DNA of 62,768 nt, counting the filler, from Nemertoderma westbladi (lineage: Eukaryota; Animalia; Xenacoelomorpha), in NCBI GenBank assembly GCA_032718475.1. It is 4 parts of 4 records of this genome, joined end to end, with 100 filler letters (N's around TTAATTAATTAA, not from the genome) between each part and the next. Parts side by side here need not be neighbours in the genome. Positions count along the whole stretch, not along the records: positions 14,634 to 31,201 come from JAUCBJ010000070.1; positions 31,302 to 53,199 come from JAUCBJ010000217.1; 2 more parts are not named here. One strand, given 5' to 3'. The position numbers and the translations under genes were made by a program. Below, piece after piece: positions 26,470 through 39,040 of the stretch. Positions within the stretch are counted from its first letter, which is position 1; the number at the start of each line of letters is the position of its first letter. Under the pieces are notes generated by a model. That model searched no databases. It was given only the letters and a program-made list of their open reading frames with translations, and was not told the origin of the DNA.

Positions 26470-27849
26470 GCTTGAATCCACTTGAGGTTATCTCGGTAGA
26501 GTTAGGGCTACTTTACAATTGCGATTAGCTACTGTAAACACACTTTAGTAGTAACATTCACCTATAAACGCACAAATTCCATACAATCATTACTTACTGC
26601 ACACATGCATGCCATTTGTCCGTTAGTCAGTGTCTTCCAGAATGTCACGTTATTACTATGTATCCTTGGATACTAATAGTGCGCTATGTATACTCTTATG
26701 CTACGCAATGGGGCAAGCTTTTTATTGTTCCTTTAACTTGCTTCTAATTCTAGCGTGGGTGTTGCCATGGTGACATTATGGAAAACTAGCGGTAGAATTA
26801 GGGTAATTCTCATGCATACAGATCTGGGATGTTATTTAATAGTAATTCTTTAATTGTCAATATCCTCTTTATGCATGATTTTATAAATTTTATCGGCTAT
26901 TGACTATATATTGGAGATTCTCGCACTCTAGTACACTCAATATGAATCTCCGCTCCCATGATCTATTAATTACTGGAATTTTGGGAATGTTATAAATTGC
27001 ACAAAATGACAATTTATGAAATTCATTTGAATATGAATTTAAATTTATTCCCGTGAATTTTATTATTTGATGTTAAATTGACACAAATTTTATTCCAGAG
27101 CATGTCTGGGAACTCAGGATCCTTAATTCTATAAAATCGTCCTTTTAAGAATATCGGTAAATACTGCGATATTTTAATTGACTAGAAATTTTAAAGGATC
27201 GGAATTTTACAGATTTTAATAAATATTAAATTAATATTTAGGATGGGCACCGATTTATTCCAGAACTTGTCTGGGGACGTTAACCAATGATTCTAGAATT
27301 TGTCTTTCAAGTATATCGGTGGGTGCCACGATATCTTAATCGACTAGAATTACAGATGGTCAAAAGTTTAACAGATTTATTTGCGATTTACGCTACTGTT
27401 AGAGGGACATCACGCTACTATATGTATTATTTGTTATAAGGTAGAAGAGCAATATCGCACGAAGCAATGTCAGTGTGAAGAGGCAAGTCGTTTCCAAGGT
27501 CTACCCAGAGCTTGGTTTAGCCGAGACACGAGGATCTGAACTTTGCATTCCTAATACTCTGCCTACCAATAATACTTAAATATAGTAGTGGCTTTATTGT
27601 ACTTTAAGAAGTACGGACATTTCATCTTACTGTAGTCACGTATTTATAATATGATACGGACAGTAAGGGAAGAGAAAATAATTATTTCTCGCCGTCGCAC
27701 TAAATATATATTATAGTAATTATGTACGTAATAAACACTAATATATTGCACTAATCTACTAAAAATTTTCATTTTTTTAGCACCAAAAGTGCAAGTAGCA
27801 CTTTTTTCAAAAGTGGTAAATTGGCCGTACAGTTTGGCTACTGAGGTTT

Positions 27850-30050
27850 TGGAATGCGCTGATTTCATTGGGAAGGTTTATTCCTCTACATCAAACATGT
27901 TCAAACACGAGAGTTGTGTAATATAACAACATAAGCATGTTGTTATATTAGTTATTAGTCAGTTATTTGTGCCCCCTGGAGCACGAAAAAAAAAAGTAGT
28001 GGAAATCTGATAATGAAAAATCACACGAAAACAAATTGATTTTATGACCATCATGTGGTTTTTTTGGATGATCTTGGAGTTTATTTTTCTGATCACGATA
28101 TGGCACTGAAAAATATCCTACCTTGTTGATTACGGCTTTTTGGATACGTGTCAAATTCAATGTGCGGCACGAAAAATACAAGTAGCACAAATTTGATAAT
28201 CAAAAATCATTACCAAATCAACCTGATTTTATGACATTAAGGGTTTTCTGGGACGCTGATCACGAATATGATACTTAACAATATCGTATTAGCAAACCAA
28301 ATTTGGTTTTTGCCGTTTGAAATTTTATGCTACTTGTATTTTTCGTCCCACCAGACAAACACCAAAACGATAGTTGCGTTACCATGTGTTTAACGAGTTG
28401 TATCGTTATCAGTGGCTTTGAAAACCAGTATAGTTTCAGAATTACAAAACCAAAGGCAAAATTTAACAGTTTGAAATTTTTCCTACTTGTACTTTTCGTT
28501 CTGGGGCGCCAAAATTTGGTTTGCACATACCAGAAATATTTATAACTACTTCCATCGTGATCAGCGACCTCCAAAACCCATATACGTTCAGAATTATCAA
28601 ACCAAACTCAAAATGTTTAGTTTGAAAATTTTTTACTTGTATTCTTCTATCTATATTACACCATGTCCGTATATATTCCGAATATAGTGTCGTTATTCTG
28701 GTACATGGACCATGGACCCCCCCCCCCCCCCCCACAATTATTTTTCAAATCGTAATGAGATTGCATGAAATTTGAAACAGGGATAGTTTCACCTCCCGAC
28801 CACTGACTGGGTGAGCCAGAATTTTTATTTTCGCTTTCATTCTTTAGCTACAAGCTTTTGAAAATAGTGTCTCCGGTGAAGTTGCACCAGTTACACCGCA
28901 GTTATTCTTCAACTTTATTATGATTTGTTAGTACTAATTTAAAGCTAGTCGTGCAAGAATTCCAAAAAAATATAAAAACATTTGAATTTGGTAGAGAAAT
29001 AGCCGAGATATGGGCATTCGAAAGTTGCATGTATTTGCTTCCCCTGCACGCCATTTATTCTATTTAATTAATGTAACATATTCTAGAACATTTTGTTTAT
29101 CCCGTACGTAGCTGGGCAACAATGCAATGCTTCTTTAAACATACTATTATGTAGCTATTCATACATAAACAAAATGTTCTAGAATATAGTGTTTTTATTT
29201 AATAGAATAAAACAGCCTCACGCAGGTGCAAAACCATGAAACTTTTGAACGCTCATATCTCAGCTACAGTACAGTATTTCACAACCAAATTCAAATATTT
29301 TTACATTTTTGGAATCCTTGCATGGTTATCTTTCTGTTTCTACCAACAAATCGCGATAAGGTTCAAGAATAACTGCAGTGTAACTGGTGAAATATCACTG
29401 TAGACACCTTTTTCAAACGCTTATAGCTAAAGATTGAAAGCAAAAATAAAAATTATGGCTCACCCAGTAAGGAGGAGGGAGGTGAAACTATCTCTGTTTC
29501 AAATTTCATGCAATCTCATTAAGATTTGAAAAATAATTGTGGGGGGGGGGGGTCCATGTACCAGAATAACGACACTATATTCCAAGACATGGTGTATATA
29601 TACAGTAATATATATTTATCTATTATCTATAGTAGGTCATGAGTGAACAATTTTCACAAAATTTGAAAGTACAGGTTTTCTGGGGCGCAAAATACATTGG
29701 AAAATATTTAAAATGATATGATTACCATAAATGGCTGTTAAAAAAACAAGTAACCAGCACTTTTCAGTTAGAACACAAAATTTTTTGTTCACTTATACGA
29801 TGCTATAAATTCACATTTTCAGGTTTTATAGGGCGCTGATTCTAATGGAATACATTTCTAATATGCCAGATCATTGCTACGTGTATTTTTCGGCTTAATT
29901 TTGAAAATTTTAGCACCACATTTCGTACCCATCACCAAAAAGTACAAGTTTGCGATGTCCAGTGCTGTTTTTATGGATTCCATCGGATTCAGGACCCTCA
30001 TAAACCCGTATAACGCAAGAAACAAGATGATACGACAGTGTTTCGTTGTA
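27850..30050. mobile_element. Older non-autonomous element into which the foldback MITE is nested
   Basis: Recurring g(g/a)cgctgat/ggggcgc motifs on both sides; acaccatgtc (~28658) and gacatggtgt (~29587) form an inverted pair around the insert. Ends undefined. Confidence 0.4.
28685..29577. mobile_element. Foldback MITE, TA-flanked (Tc1/mariner-type)
   Basis: TIR tagtgtcgttattctggtacatggacc / ggtccatgtaccagaataacgacacta; ~410-bp diverged inverted arms; TA on both sides. Confidence 0.9.
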
Positions 30051-30182
30051 AATATTTATTATTCCAAAATTGTAATCATAGTATTAGTTAGTATTAACAG
30101 CGAGTTGTTATTTAGCACTTTACAACCTTAAAGGACATTACAGCATTGTATTGGCCTGTACATTTAGTATTGTATTTGGTGT

Positions 30183-30273
30183 TATTGTTTACGTGGTAAC
30201 CCATGACGGCGTTAAGTAATGTCCACTAAGGGGACATTACTTAACGCCGTCATTGGATACCACGTAAACAATA
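30183..30273. repeat. 91-bp near-perfect palindrome
   Basis: tattgtttacgtggtaacccatgacggcgttaagtaatgtcc..ggacattacttaacgccgtcattggataccacgtaaacaata; 2 mismatches in a ~42-bp stem. Confidence 0.95.
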
Positions 30274-30639
30274 GGTGGAAATTTGCCTGACAGCCAGATA
30301 GGCCTACTGCATTACCTACCGGTAGGCGGGGTATAGCTATTAATAACCAGTAGGGCCTAGCTATATTATTATAACATGGCTCCAAACGCCACCATAAATA
30401 TAAGCTAACTTATTTATAACATAATTTATGTCATTTTTACATTTATTTATACAGCAACTAATTTAATTTGTGCAGTTTCTATTACTTATAATGTATATGT
30501 ACAATCGTTTCGTAATGTTAAAATTTTGGAATAAAACTACGGTTTAATTGTGAACAAGACTGTACATACATACTTGTTGCAAAGTACTTTACAGTGTTCT
30601 GATCCTTGTGGCTTAATTTCAAGACTTACCTGGCAAACT

Positions 30640-31190
30640 GTAAATTAGGTATCTGGTCGGAAAAGTTGTGCAAAGGGGCGCCTCAAAGCCGATAGTCCTG
30701 AAGAACGTGTTGGGAAGTGGAAAAATCACTTCAGCAACTTGCTTGGGCAGCCACCAAACATCGAGGTCAGCCCTACAAGGAAAATATGTGACTAGACAAG
30801 ACACTACCTATAGAAACAGGGGACTTCACACCTGCCGAGTTCCAAAGAAGCATTAAAAGCATGTCCAATAATAAAGTGAGTGGATTAGATGAAATCCCAG
30901 CGGAGGTATGGAAAACCGGAGTGCTAAACAGACCATTATTGAATGTTTGCAACCGGATGTTAAAAGGGGAAAAGCCACCACCAATTTGGACTAAAGGTCA
31001 ACTAAAGCCTCTCCCCAAGAAAGGAGACCTCGGCATACCAACAAACCATCGTGGGATATCGTAGCTGCCAAAAAATTTAATAAAATGATTCTATATAGGA
31101 TTAGGCCTCACATAGAGAAACTACTGCGTAAGAGCCAAAACGGATTTCGACCAAGTAGATCAACAATAGCTCAGATTGTTAGCTTATTCA
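30640..31190 (+). pseudogene. RTE-like LINE fragment (pre-RT and start of RT)
   Basis: MSNNKVSGLDEIPAEVWK, PLPKKGDLGIPTNHRGIS, then LRKSQNGFRPSRST in a shifted frame. Confidence 0.85.
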
Positions 31191-31306
31191 ATCCCGCCAA
31201 CNNNNNNNNNNNNNNNNNNNNNNNNNNNNNNNNNNNNNNNNNNNNTTAATTAATTAANNNNNNNNNNNNNNNNNNNNNNNNNNNNNNNNNNNNNNNNNNN
31301 NCTTAA

Positions 31307-34136
31307 GGGGGGAGGATAATAAAAAAAAATATTTTTAACAAAAAAATGTTTTGATGCTATTTTGTTGCAAATTTTATGAGGATTTCAAATCTGGTGTCAG
31401 ATTGTCCCGTAGCTTGTATAGTGCTCGACCTGTGTGGCATATAAAAAAGTGTTTTAATTAAAAAGTTTCAATATTTTGGCAAAAGGACTACCTACGTTAC
31501 AAAATAATGGTTTGGGTTGAACATAAGTACTGTACTCTACTTATTACACAGTAACAGTACTCTCAATATCATTTGTTTTTTGGAGGGAAATTTGAAGGTG
31601 AAATTACTATAAAGATTTCTCATAACACTGTCTGTCATATCTTGTACTGTTATAGGCTATTTAAAATTTGTAAATTTACCGTTACCTAAGATTATTGTCA
31701 TGCCGAGGCCTCAAAAAAAGAAAAAAGGAAGGTTTGCGAGGAGGAACGCAGAAACAAAATAAGATAGAAGCGAAACAATCCAAACCATCTGAGATAGCAG
31801 CTAATTTAACTGTTCTACCATCAACCGGTGGCATGGAAGGTTACGATATTGTAGGAACTGGAATTATAAAGAAATTGATTGCGGATATACATTCATCTAC
31901 ACATTGTGGCGGTACAGTGGAAGTTAGCGAAACTTCTCATCGTGGTTACAGTGTCAAATATGAGGGCATGTGTGATTGTTGTGGTTGGATTTATTCAACA
32001 GACACAAGCAGCGTTGTTGACGTACCCAAACCTGGATCGGGCCGGATAACTGCCGATGTGAATCTCAGATCAGTTTTAGCCTGGCTTTGCATTGGAGGAA
32101 CTCAGTGGGACGCTGAAACTTTCTCCCGAGTTATGTCACTGCCATCGCCAGTGGCTAAACGAGCGTGGCGGTTGAAAGTTGATGCTATATCCGAAACAAC
32201 AGAAGCTCTGGCCCGTGGAAACGCTCTAAATTGCGCGCAGAAGGAATCGGATACCGTGATATGTGTCTCTTTCGATGGAACCTGGATGCGACGTGGCCAC
32301 CAATCACTATATGGAGTTGCCTTTATTATATCAGAAAGTACAGGCCATGTACTTGATTTTGATGTTTGCTCCAAGTACTGTAGTGTATGTTGCCGCCAAC
32401 AGGTTGTCGAAGAGGGACATGACTGCAATATAAATTATACCGGATCAAGTTCAGGGATGGAGCCGCAGTTGGCAGTCCAGATGTTTGGTAGATCTGTAGT
32501 AACCAATGGCTTGGTGTATGGGTCCATTGTGTCGGATGGTGACAGCAGTGTGCTGAAGGCCATATTAGAGTCTGATCCATATAAGGACCAGAATGTAACC
32601 GTTGAGAAGAAGGAATGCATAAACCATGTCTCCAAGCGTTTATTTACCGGTCTTTCCAATGTACGTAAGACACACAAGCTCGGGGGGAGAGGAGGTCTTA
32701 CTGATAAGCGGTGCCACCAGCTTCAATCGTTTTATAGAAACGCAATAGTAAATAATATATCTGGAGTCGATATAGATAATCTTACCGATAATGAGAAATC
32801 CAATCTAATAGAAACTATACGAACAGAAGTGATTGCAGCTGCCCATCATTATTGTGACTACGGCGATAATAATATTGAGAAACGTCATCAGTTCTGCCCT
32901 AACAATAAGTGGTGTAAATTTCGGAACAAGGATCCCAGTTATAAGGTAGTTACTATAGTAAAGGAAATCAACTTGAAGTTTATCTTGCAAGTGTACCAAC
33001 GCCTTACAACAGATCAGCTTCTAGAACGCTGTATTCCTGGCCTGACTCAGAATCGGAATGAGTCAATACATTCCAGATTGTGGACTCGCCTTTCTAAGGA
33101 GTCATTTGTGGGCCTAAAAACCCTTATGTTTCATGTGTCGTATGCTGTTCTGATCCACAATAGGGGTTGCAGTGCCGAGCAATTGATATTGAAGAAACTC
33201 GGACTGGAAGAAGACGATGGTGACATGGCTGAAAGAGCAGAGGCGGCAAACAATAGAAGGAGGTCGAAGAGTGCAGAGCTCAAGCACTCAAAAAAGTGGG
33301 AGGCACCTGACCCAAAAAACTATTCATCGGGATCCTTTTAACCTTTTAGATTTAGATTATGACGTAATTTATAGGCTGTATTTTTAATTTTTTTAGATCT
33401 TATGTTCCATATTTTTAAATATAACTAATTTTATATTTCGAATATTCGAGTTTTTACTGTGGTTATTCCAGTTACCATTATCATATTTGCATTCTGTGGA
33501 AAGTGTAGAATATTTGGGAAAAAAAAATTATTAAAAATCGTCAACAGCAAGCGATTTAAATTGAAATTTAAGAAATTTTTTCGTAATAAAATATTAAAGT
33601 ATAACATAAAATAGCATTTATTTCGATATTGATTTTTTCAAATGAAAAATGCTAAGGCTTTGCCAAAAATCAATGTAACAAGCTGATTTTTTGTACACAT
33701 GATGCCTAGGTTGTCGTCTACAAATCCTACAGACAGAATTTCTATATCCTCACAAGTTCTTGATTTATTTTGAAAAATATCTCATTTTTTCGACTTTTTC
33801 ACTTTTTTTCGTGCGAAAATGGTCCCTTTTGGTGTTTTTACACTTCTTGACAAAATATTAAAATTTTGTCTGTACAGCTTGTTTAGGGTGACCTAAATAA
33901 GAGCTCACCGAATTTTTGTCCTTGTGCAATATTTTTTATAGAAGCCTTAGTGATTTTTAGAGATTCCGCATTTTTTGCCAAAATTTTGTGTATATTTAAA
34001 ATTTTCAATTTTTTTTTCCTTTTTCGTCAATTCCGACCTTTTATACAAGATATGTCAAAATCTCAAAGTAATATATTTATTACTTCAGTCTAGCTTTACA
34101 TTTCAAATGTGTATTGTCTTTTATTATCCTCCCCCC
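31307..34136 (+). mobile_element. Full-length Kolobok-type DNA transposon (2830 bp)
   Basis: TTAA at 31303-06 and 34137-40; perfect 18-bp TIR GGGGGGAGGATAATAAAA. Purine termini with TTAA fit Kolobok rather than piggyBac. Confidence 0.85.
31695..33341 (+). CDS. DDE transposase (Kolobok/Mutator-like domain)
   Basis: SFDGTWMRRGHQSLYG, CSKYCSVC..HDC..NYTGSS.GME, SDGDSS, ECINHVSKR, TQNRNES; first in-frame ATG at 31833. Confidence 0.9.
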   Translation: MSCRGLKKRKKEGLRGGTQKQNKIEAKQSKPSEIAANLTVLPSTGGMEGYDIVGTGIIKKLIADIHSSTHCGGTVEVSETSHRGYSVKYEGMCDCCGWIYSTDTSSVVDVPKPGSGRITADVNLRSVLAWLCIGGTQWDAETFSRVMSLPSPVAKRAWRLKVDAISETTEALARGNALNCAQKESDTVICVSFDGTWMRRGHQSLYGVAFIISESTGHVLDFDVCSKYCSVCCRQQVVEEGHDCNINYTGSSSGMEPQLAVQMFGRSVVTNGLVYGSIVSDGDSSVLKAILESDPYKDQNVTVEKKECINHVSKRLFTGLSNVRKTHKLGGRGGLTDKRCHQLQSFYRNAIVNNISGVDIDNLTDNEKSNLIETIRTEVIAAAHHYCDYGDNNIEKRHQFCPNNKWCKFRNKDPSYKVVTIVKEINLKFILQVYQRLTTDQLLERCIPGLTQNRNESIHSRLWTRLSKESFVGLKTLMFHVSYAVLIHNRGCSAEQLILKKLGLEEDDGDMAERAEAANNRRRSKSAELKHSKKWEAPDPKNYSSGSF

Positions 34137-34140
34137 TTAA

Positions 34141-34904
34141 GGCATGGCAAGTAGACTTACATCAAATTTTCAAAATTACGATATTCAGAAAATACCACAA
34201 GGTTTTCATTTCAACCCATTTTTATAGGTTATCTGGACCGCTGAATCGATTGAAAGTAATATTGAAGCCTCAAGTCTTACTGTTACGCTACGTCATTATT
34301 GGTACACCACAATTAGGGCGTGGTACTTTTTCATTATTTGAAGTCCCACGCCCTAATTTTGGTGCTCCAAAAAGGACGATCCACTAAGTCCTCTTAGAGC
34401 CACTTCGATAATATTTTCAATCGATTCAGCGGTCCAGAAAACCTATAAAAGCGCGTTGAAATCAAAAGATGGGGTATATTTCCGAATATCGTATTTTTCA
34501 AAATTTGAAGTGCCACGCCCACTTCTTAGGTGCACGAAACATAGCATCCAGTTCAATTTTCGGAAATGGAATATAATCACATTCGATTCAGCGTAGTGAA
34601 AAACCTACTAATGCTTGCCAACAATGCCACACTATCAGTTTTTAGAATATCAAAAAAATGTATATTTTGTCCTGGGACTACTTCTATTTTTCATGAAAAT
34701 CATTACACCCTCCTTATGAAATTTTCATTTTTTTGGATTTGAAAATGTTCTTCGATAATTTTTTCACCTACAGCCCAAATTTCGTAGGATTTTATTGGAT
34801 GATTACAAAAATACAGCAGGGGGGCGGGGGTGCGGGGGGGGCGAATCGTCCCCCCGCCAGTGCTGCTAATGGTCTAAACACCCCAGTAGTGGTAATAGGG
34901 TTAA
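34141..34904. mobile_element. Partial non-autonomous piggyBac-like element adjoining (probably interrupted by) the Kolobok
   Basis: Ends ggtaataGGG|TTAA at 34900; internal inverted repeat at ~34175-34255 / ~34415-34505. The other end is not visible. Confidence 0.45.
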
Positions 34905-35200
34905 GGCCTGTTTACGCTTATGCTGATGACTTACTACTAATTGGTTTATCAGTTAATGAGCTTGAAAATATGGTTATAACCATCGAGGCAGAGTTGGCTA
35001 GGCTGAATCTTTCAATAGAAACTAATAAAACTAAGTGGTCTTAACCAAAGCGGAGATGAAGGAGCTTGAGGTATACTACAGTAATACTCTGCGTGGTCTG
35101 TTGCACCTGAATCCTATTGTGACTAACCAGATTTTATACGAACTATCAGGATGCCAACCATAATCAGTAGAAGTTTTCACACAGTGTTTAGTAGGTTTAA
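34905..35200 (+). pseudogene. Non-LTR RT fragment
   Basis: YAYADDLLLIGLSVNELENMV...LNLSIETNKTK. Confidence 0.75.
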
Positions 35201-36299
35201 AGTTAAGATCAAAAACACATCCATGACTTTGTGAATAAGTTGGGAAGCTCCATCTTCGTCCTTAAATAGCGAGTGAGGAATTCTTTAGTCCCTCTGTAAC
35301 TAACTACACAGTAGCTTATCTGTGAATGGAACCTTCCAACCTTTATTGTATGACCATGGGTATATATTAATGAGAGCTGCCAGTTCTTTCACAACCTTGC
35401 TAATATTTGATTCTTCGAATTATAGTTGTGTGTCATGGATATCAGCTTTTGTTGCACGTGATTCATCCAGAACTTCTAAGCCATGATTAAAAAATACAGA
35501 AGATGGGCAGTGATTTAATTTCAAATTTATACACATATCTGCAACCCAGTGTAGGTAGTTCAAAAAATGGGAGGTTGATATCACCATCTCACAATCACCA
35601 TCTGGCATATCTTTGTTTGATGACATTGTGGCATGTTTTGGTATATGTTGCTTTTTTCATTGAACTAAATTTATGGTGGGGTATGGGGCATATCGATCCA
35701 ATATGATTTATAAGGAAGTTGATGTAGCAGTATTCTTGGCAACAATTTCATTCAGAAGCTTTGCTTTCTTAGTTAGCACTTGGGTGCTTTGAATGTTCTT
35801 GGTGAAGTAATCCATAAACATCATTTTAGAAGGCAGTAGCTTGGAAAATGCTGAGCTTCAGTAACAGGGAACAGTTGCTTTCTACTATTTGTATGAGATA
35901 GTATATCTCCTGATGGTAGAGTATTTGCACCAGTATATCTCCTGATGGTAGAGTATTTTCACCTATCAATAAATTCAGGAGATCTTCCAAATACTTCCAA
36001 ATCTCCCTTACTGTGCATTTTAAGGAATCACTATTCCAGAATTGTCATCTTCTTCATCGCTTTGATGCTCATTATCACTGTTTATATTAAGTAATAACTC
36101 CTTCAATTCTTCATCAGAATCAATTTCCATTCTGACAAGTGCCTGGCTGGCTTCTTTCTAAGCCCGCTTCTGGTCTTGCTACATTTTCTACGTTCAGGCT
36201 CTTCATCAGTTAACCGAGTTTCACTACCAGGGCAGCTAGATGAGATGATGGGGGAGGGGGTTCTCTGCCCCCTTTGCTTCGAATGAGACAGGTCCAGCT

Positions 36300-36575
36300 C
36301 ACGTAACTGGCCCTTATAGCATGCTGATCATCTAATACCTTTGATACCATCGCATCGATTGTCCTTCCAGGGAAGAGTCCAAGCTCCAACAGGCGGCGGA
36401 TATTAACCTGCGTGTATCTCTGAACTCAGGGTAGCTGTGACCCAGCATTGGCAAGCCGCCATACATCCTCATCCATCCACCTGGGCTGATTGTTTGCAGA
36501 GAGGTTGTTGAGGCTGTACTCTTTAGGATGCCATTTCCTAGGGTGTTTCGACATTGCAGCTTTTGAGACATCATT
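36300..36575 (-). pseudogene. R2-like retrotransposon N-terminal zinc-finger/Myb fragment
   Basis: A frame not in the ORF track reads SKAAMSKHPRKWHPKEY...RWMDEDVWRLANAG(E in copy 2)...N..RLLELGLFPGRTIDAMVSK, with one stop. Confidence 0.55.
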
Positions 36576-36782
36576 TGATATGATATCTCTTACTACAAAT
36601 AAATTATAGAAAATATTTTTTTTAACAAAAACAATTATATAACTTCACTTTTATTCGTTTAATATTAAATTTATAATTATTTAGTTAGATTATGCAACAC
36701 AACCATGAAAGCAGACAACCGAAACCGACAGACATTATTTACACATAATTATAACTATTATATTATTCAAACAAAAAGCAAA

Positions 36783-37004
36783 CAGTCGGCCGAAGCTGGA
36801 GGCGACCTGAAGGCTCCTCTTTCGATAGCTGCTACCCGAGGGTAGGGGTGGGCGCTAATCCTATCCCAAGATTAGCTCCCAGTTATTTAACTGGTACTCA
36901 TTCTATCGCCCCCAGTGGATGAAAGGCTGAGTGGACCCTGGCGGGGCTGAACCTACAACCAATTGATTGCAGGCCCTGCGCTCAACCAACTGCGCTACCC
37001 CGCC
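36783..37004 (-). mobile_element. tRNA-derived SINE with Nin/Deu-like core
   Basis: A box tagcgcagttgg, B-box-like ggttcagcccc, then ccactcagcctttcatcc...gatagaatgagtaccag core. Confidence 0.75.
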
Positions 37005-38244
37005 TTCGTATTATTATAACATAATTATTAAGACAAACGAAAAGGAAAGTAACTTCCAATGCAAAATATATTGCACATTACCTAATATTAAATTTCTAAA
37101 TAATATAGTTAGATTATGCAAAACTATAATATTACACCCTAGATTATGCAACGCAATCGTGACAGCAGACAACAAAAACCGACAGCCATTATAAACAGGT
37201 AACTATAAATAGATAGAAAGGAACAGGTTACATTAGATGGTTATTATAAACAAAATAATAAACGACAGAAAATCATAGATCACAGGTTTGTCATCTGGTG
37301 TAGAATTTAATGGCTATCCAATGTGGTTTTATAGGATCTCCGCGGTGGGCTGTAGGCCTAAGTGCTGCGGGTTAGAAGTGCTGCGGCTTGTAAGTGCCGT
37401 GGGTTTAAGTAAGTTTATCTGTTGCATGCAGTGTGCTGTCGTGGTCACTAAAAGGTCCTATTGAGTGTGGTCCGGGATGGAACTGAGCTAATGTAGCTGA
37501 GCAGGCTGCTCGTCGTCACAGGTTGCAGCGCGTTCAGTGCTGCAGGTTCCAAGGTGCAGTGGTTCATTGGCGATGCTACAGTTTTTTTTGTTTTTTTCGG
37601 ATTAGGATTTTTTTTGTTTTTTTTTTGTTTATTTTTTTTCACTTGGGGGATAGGATTCTTATCCACTACTGCGGGATGGTGTACTGGTAATGGAGATTGT
37701 TCACTAGTAACCAATGGTAGCGATGTCAACTGCCTTGGTGTGCCTTGGCCTTGGCATGATCCTATAACCTATAGGCTATAACTGACAAATAACTACTATA
37801 TAATTTAAGAGGAGACCTTGGTGATTTCTGGTAGGATCCAAAATTCATGTCATCTCTATTGGTACTTGATGATCTACTGCTATGGATGCAGCAGTGGTGG
37901 ATGTAACACTGGTAGATCTGGTACTTAGGGATGTGGCACGGGTGAGGATGAGGATAATTTCCCCAGCCCAGCTCCAGAATTGTGCTTAAGGACCTCCTGG
38001 GCATCTGTCTTACATTTTCCCCAGGCCTTGCAATTGACTTAAAGAAGTCATTGGCATTAAACCTTGTCCAGGTGAAAAATATGTAGTTCCTATCATGCTT
38101 TATTGCACTGTGGCCGAGATAGCTTGTAATACTATTCCTAGGGGAATCACAAGGAATTACAGTGGCTGCAGATTCCAATATCTTTCTAACATCAGTTACC
38201 GATTGACGATAAGACAATTTCAAATGGTTATGCAGTATAGCGTT

Positions 38245-38485
38245 ATACACTAGACAGATAAGTAAGTTCGTTCATGGTTTCCTTGGAATTCAGAAAAGTA
38301 CGACCAGGGCCAGGTATTGGGGGAGATTTGAATCTACAAATTACTGCTTTCAGGTTACATTGTCCTATATCTTGTATGATGGGCCAGTGAAATTTCTGTG
38401 ATGGTCCATGGGGGTGCATGAAGCTAACTTTTAAAGAAGATATGCCTTTATCCGCTCTGCTGCCGTTTTCCCCATACCAGTAAGA
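38245..38485 (-). pseudogene. C-terminal fragment of a DNA transposase (Sola2-like, tentative)
   Basis: YWYG...LKVSFMHPHGPSQKFHWPIIQD...PGRT resembles the VxFMHPxGP..FxWP..D tail domain. Confidence 0.4.
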
Positions 38486-39040
38486 TTATAAAACTCTGCC
38501 TTGTCAGACCAGTACAATATTAACAATTAATAGGATAAATCAGCATGGTAGTATTGTAACTAAGCTATAACTACTACCTTTATAACCCTAAACACTGCTT
38601 TAATTAGGCCTGTACAAGATATGTATATAATAATATATAATAATACTACCGGTGCCAATCAGTGTAATATAATTTTTGTTTATAAAATTTTTTTGACTGC
38701 AATGGAAGAGGTCACAGAGACTAGCTCTGATTCCCAGCATGATTTATAAGATACATCAGGCAATAATCAGATCCACCTTCACAGTCTTAGTTTGACATTG
38801 CAGACAAGAATCCTGTGTTTAGATAATCAACTAACCAATCCTAATATCCCCGGGCCATTAATCAACCGGACTGATATGGTTACAGGAACGAGGGAATATA
38901 AATATAGTCTGGAAAGTGAGCCACATACCCATCTTGATTCATTTGTATGTGGACTGTTCAACTCCATACACAGTAGTTCATAAAAATTATTACTATTGAA
39001 ATTTTAAAATACCTGAATAATCTGTGTTACTTTATTTAAA

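Larger units (their letters stand above)
36168..38196 (+). repeat. Direct duplication, copy 1 (copy 2 at 50872-53199)
   Basis: Collinear high identity from cttctggtcttgct onward; copy 2 has an extra internal duplication (~52485-52785) and ends in a gap. Confidence 0.92.

Noticed and set aside
36930-37004. tRNA gene
   Set aside because: It has A/B boxes but no proper acceptor stem and runs into a SINE core.
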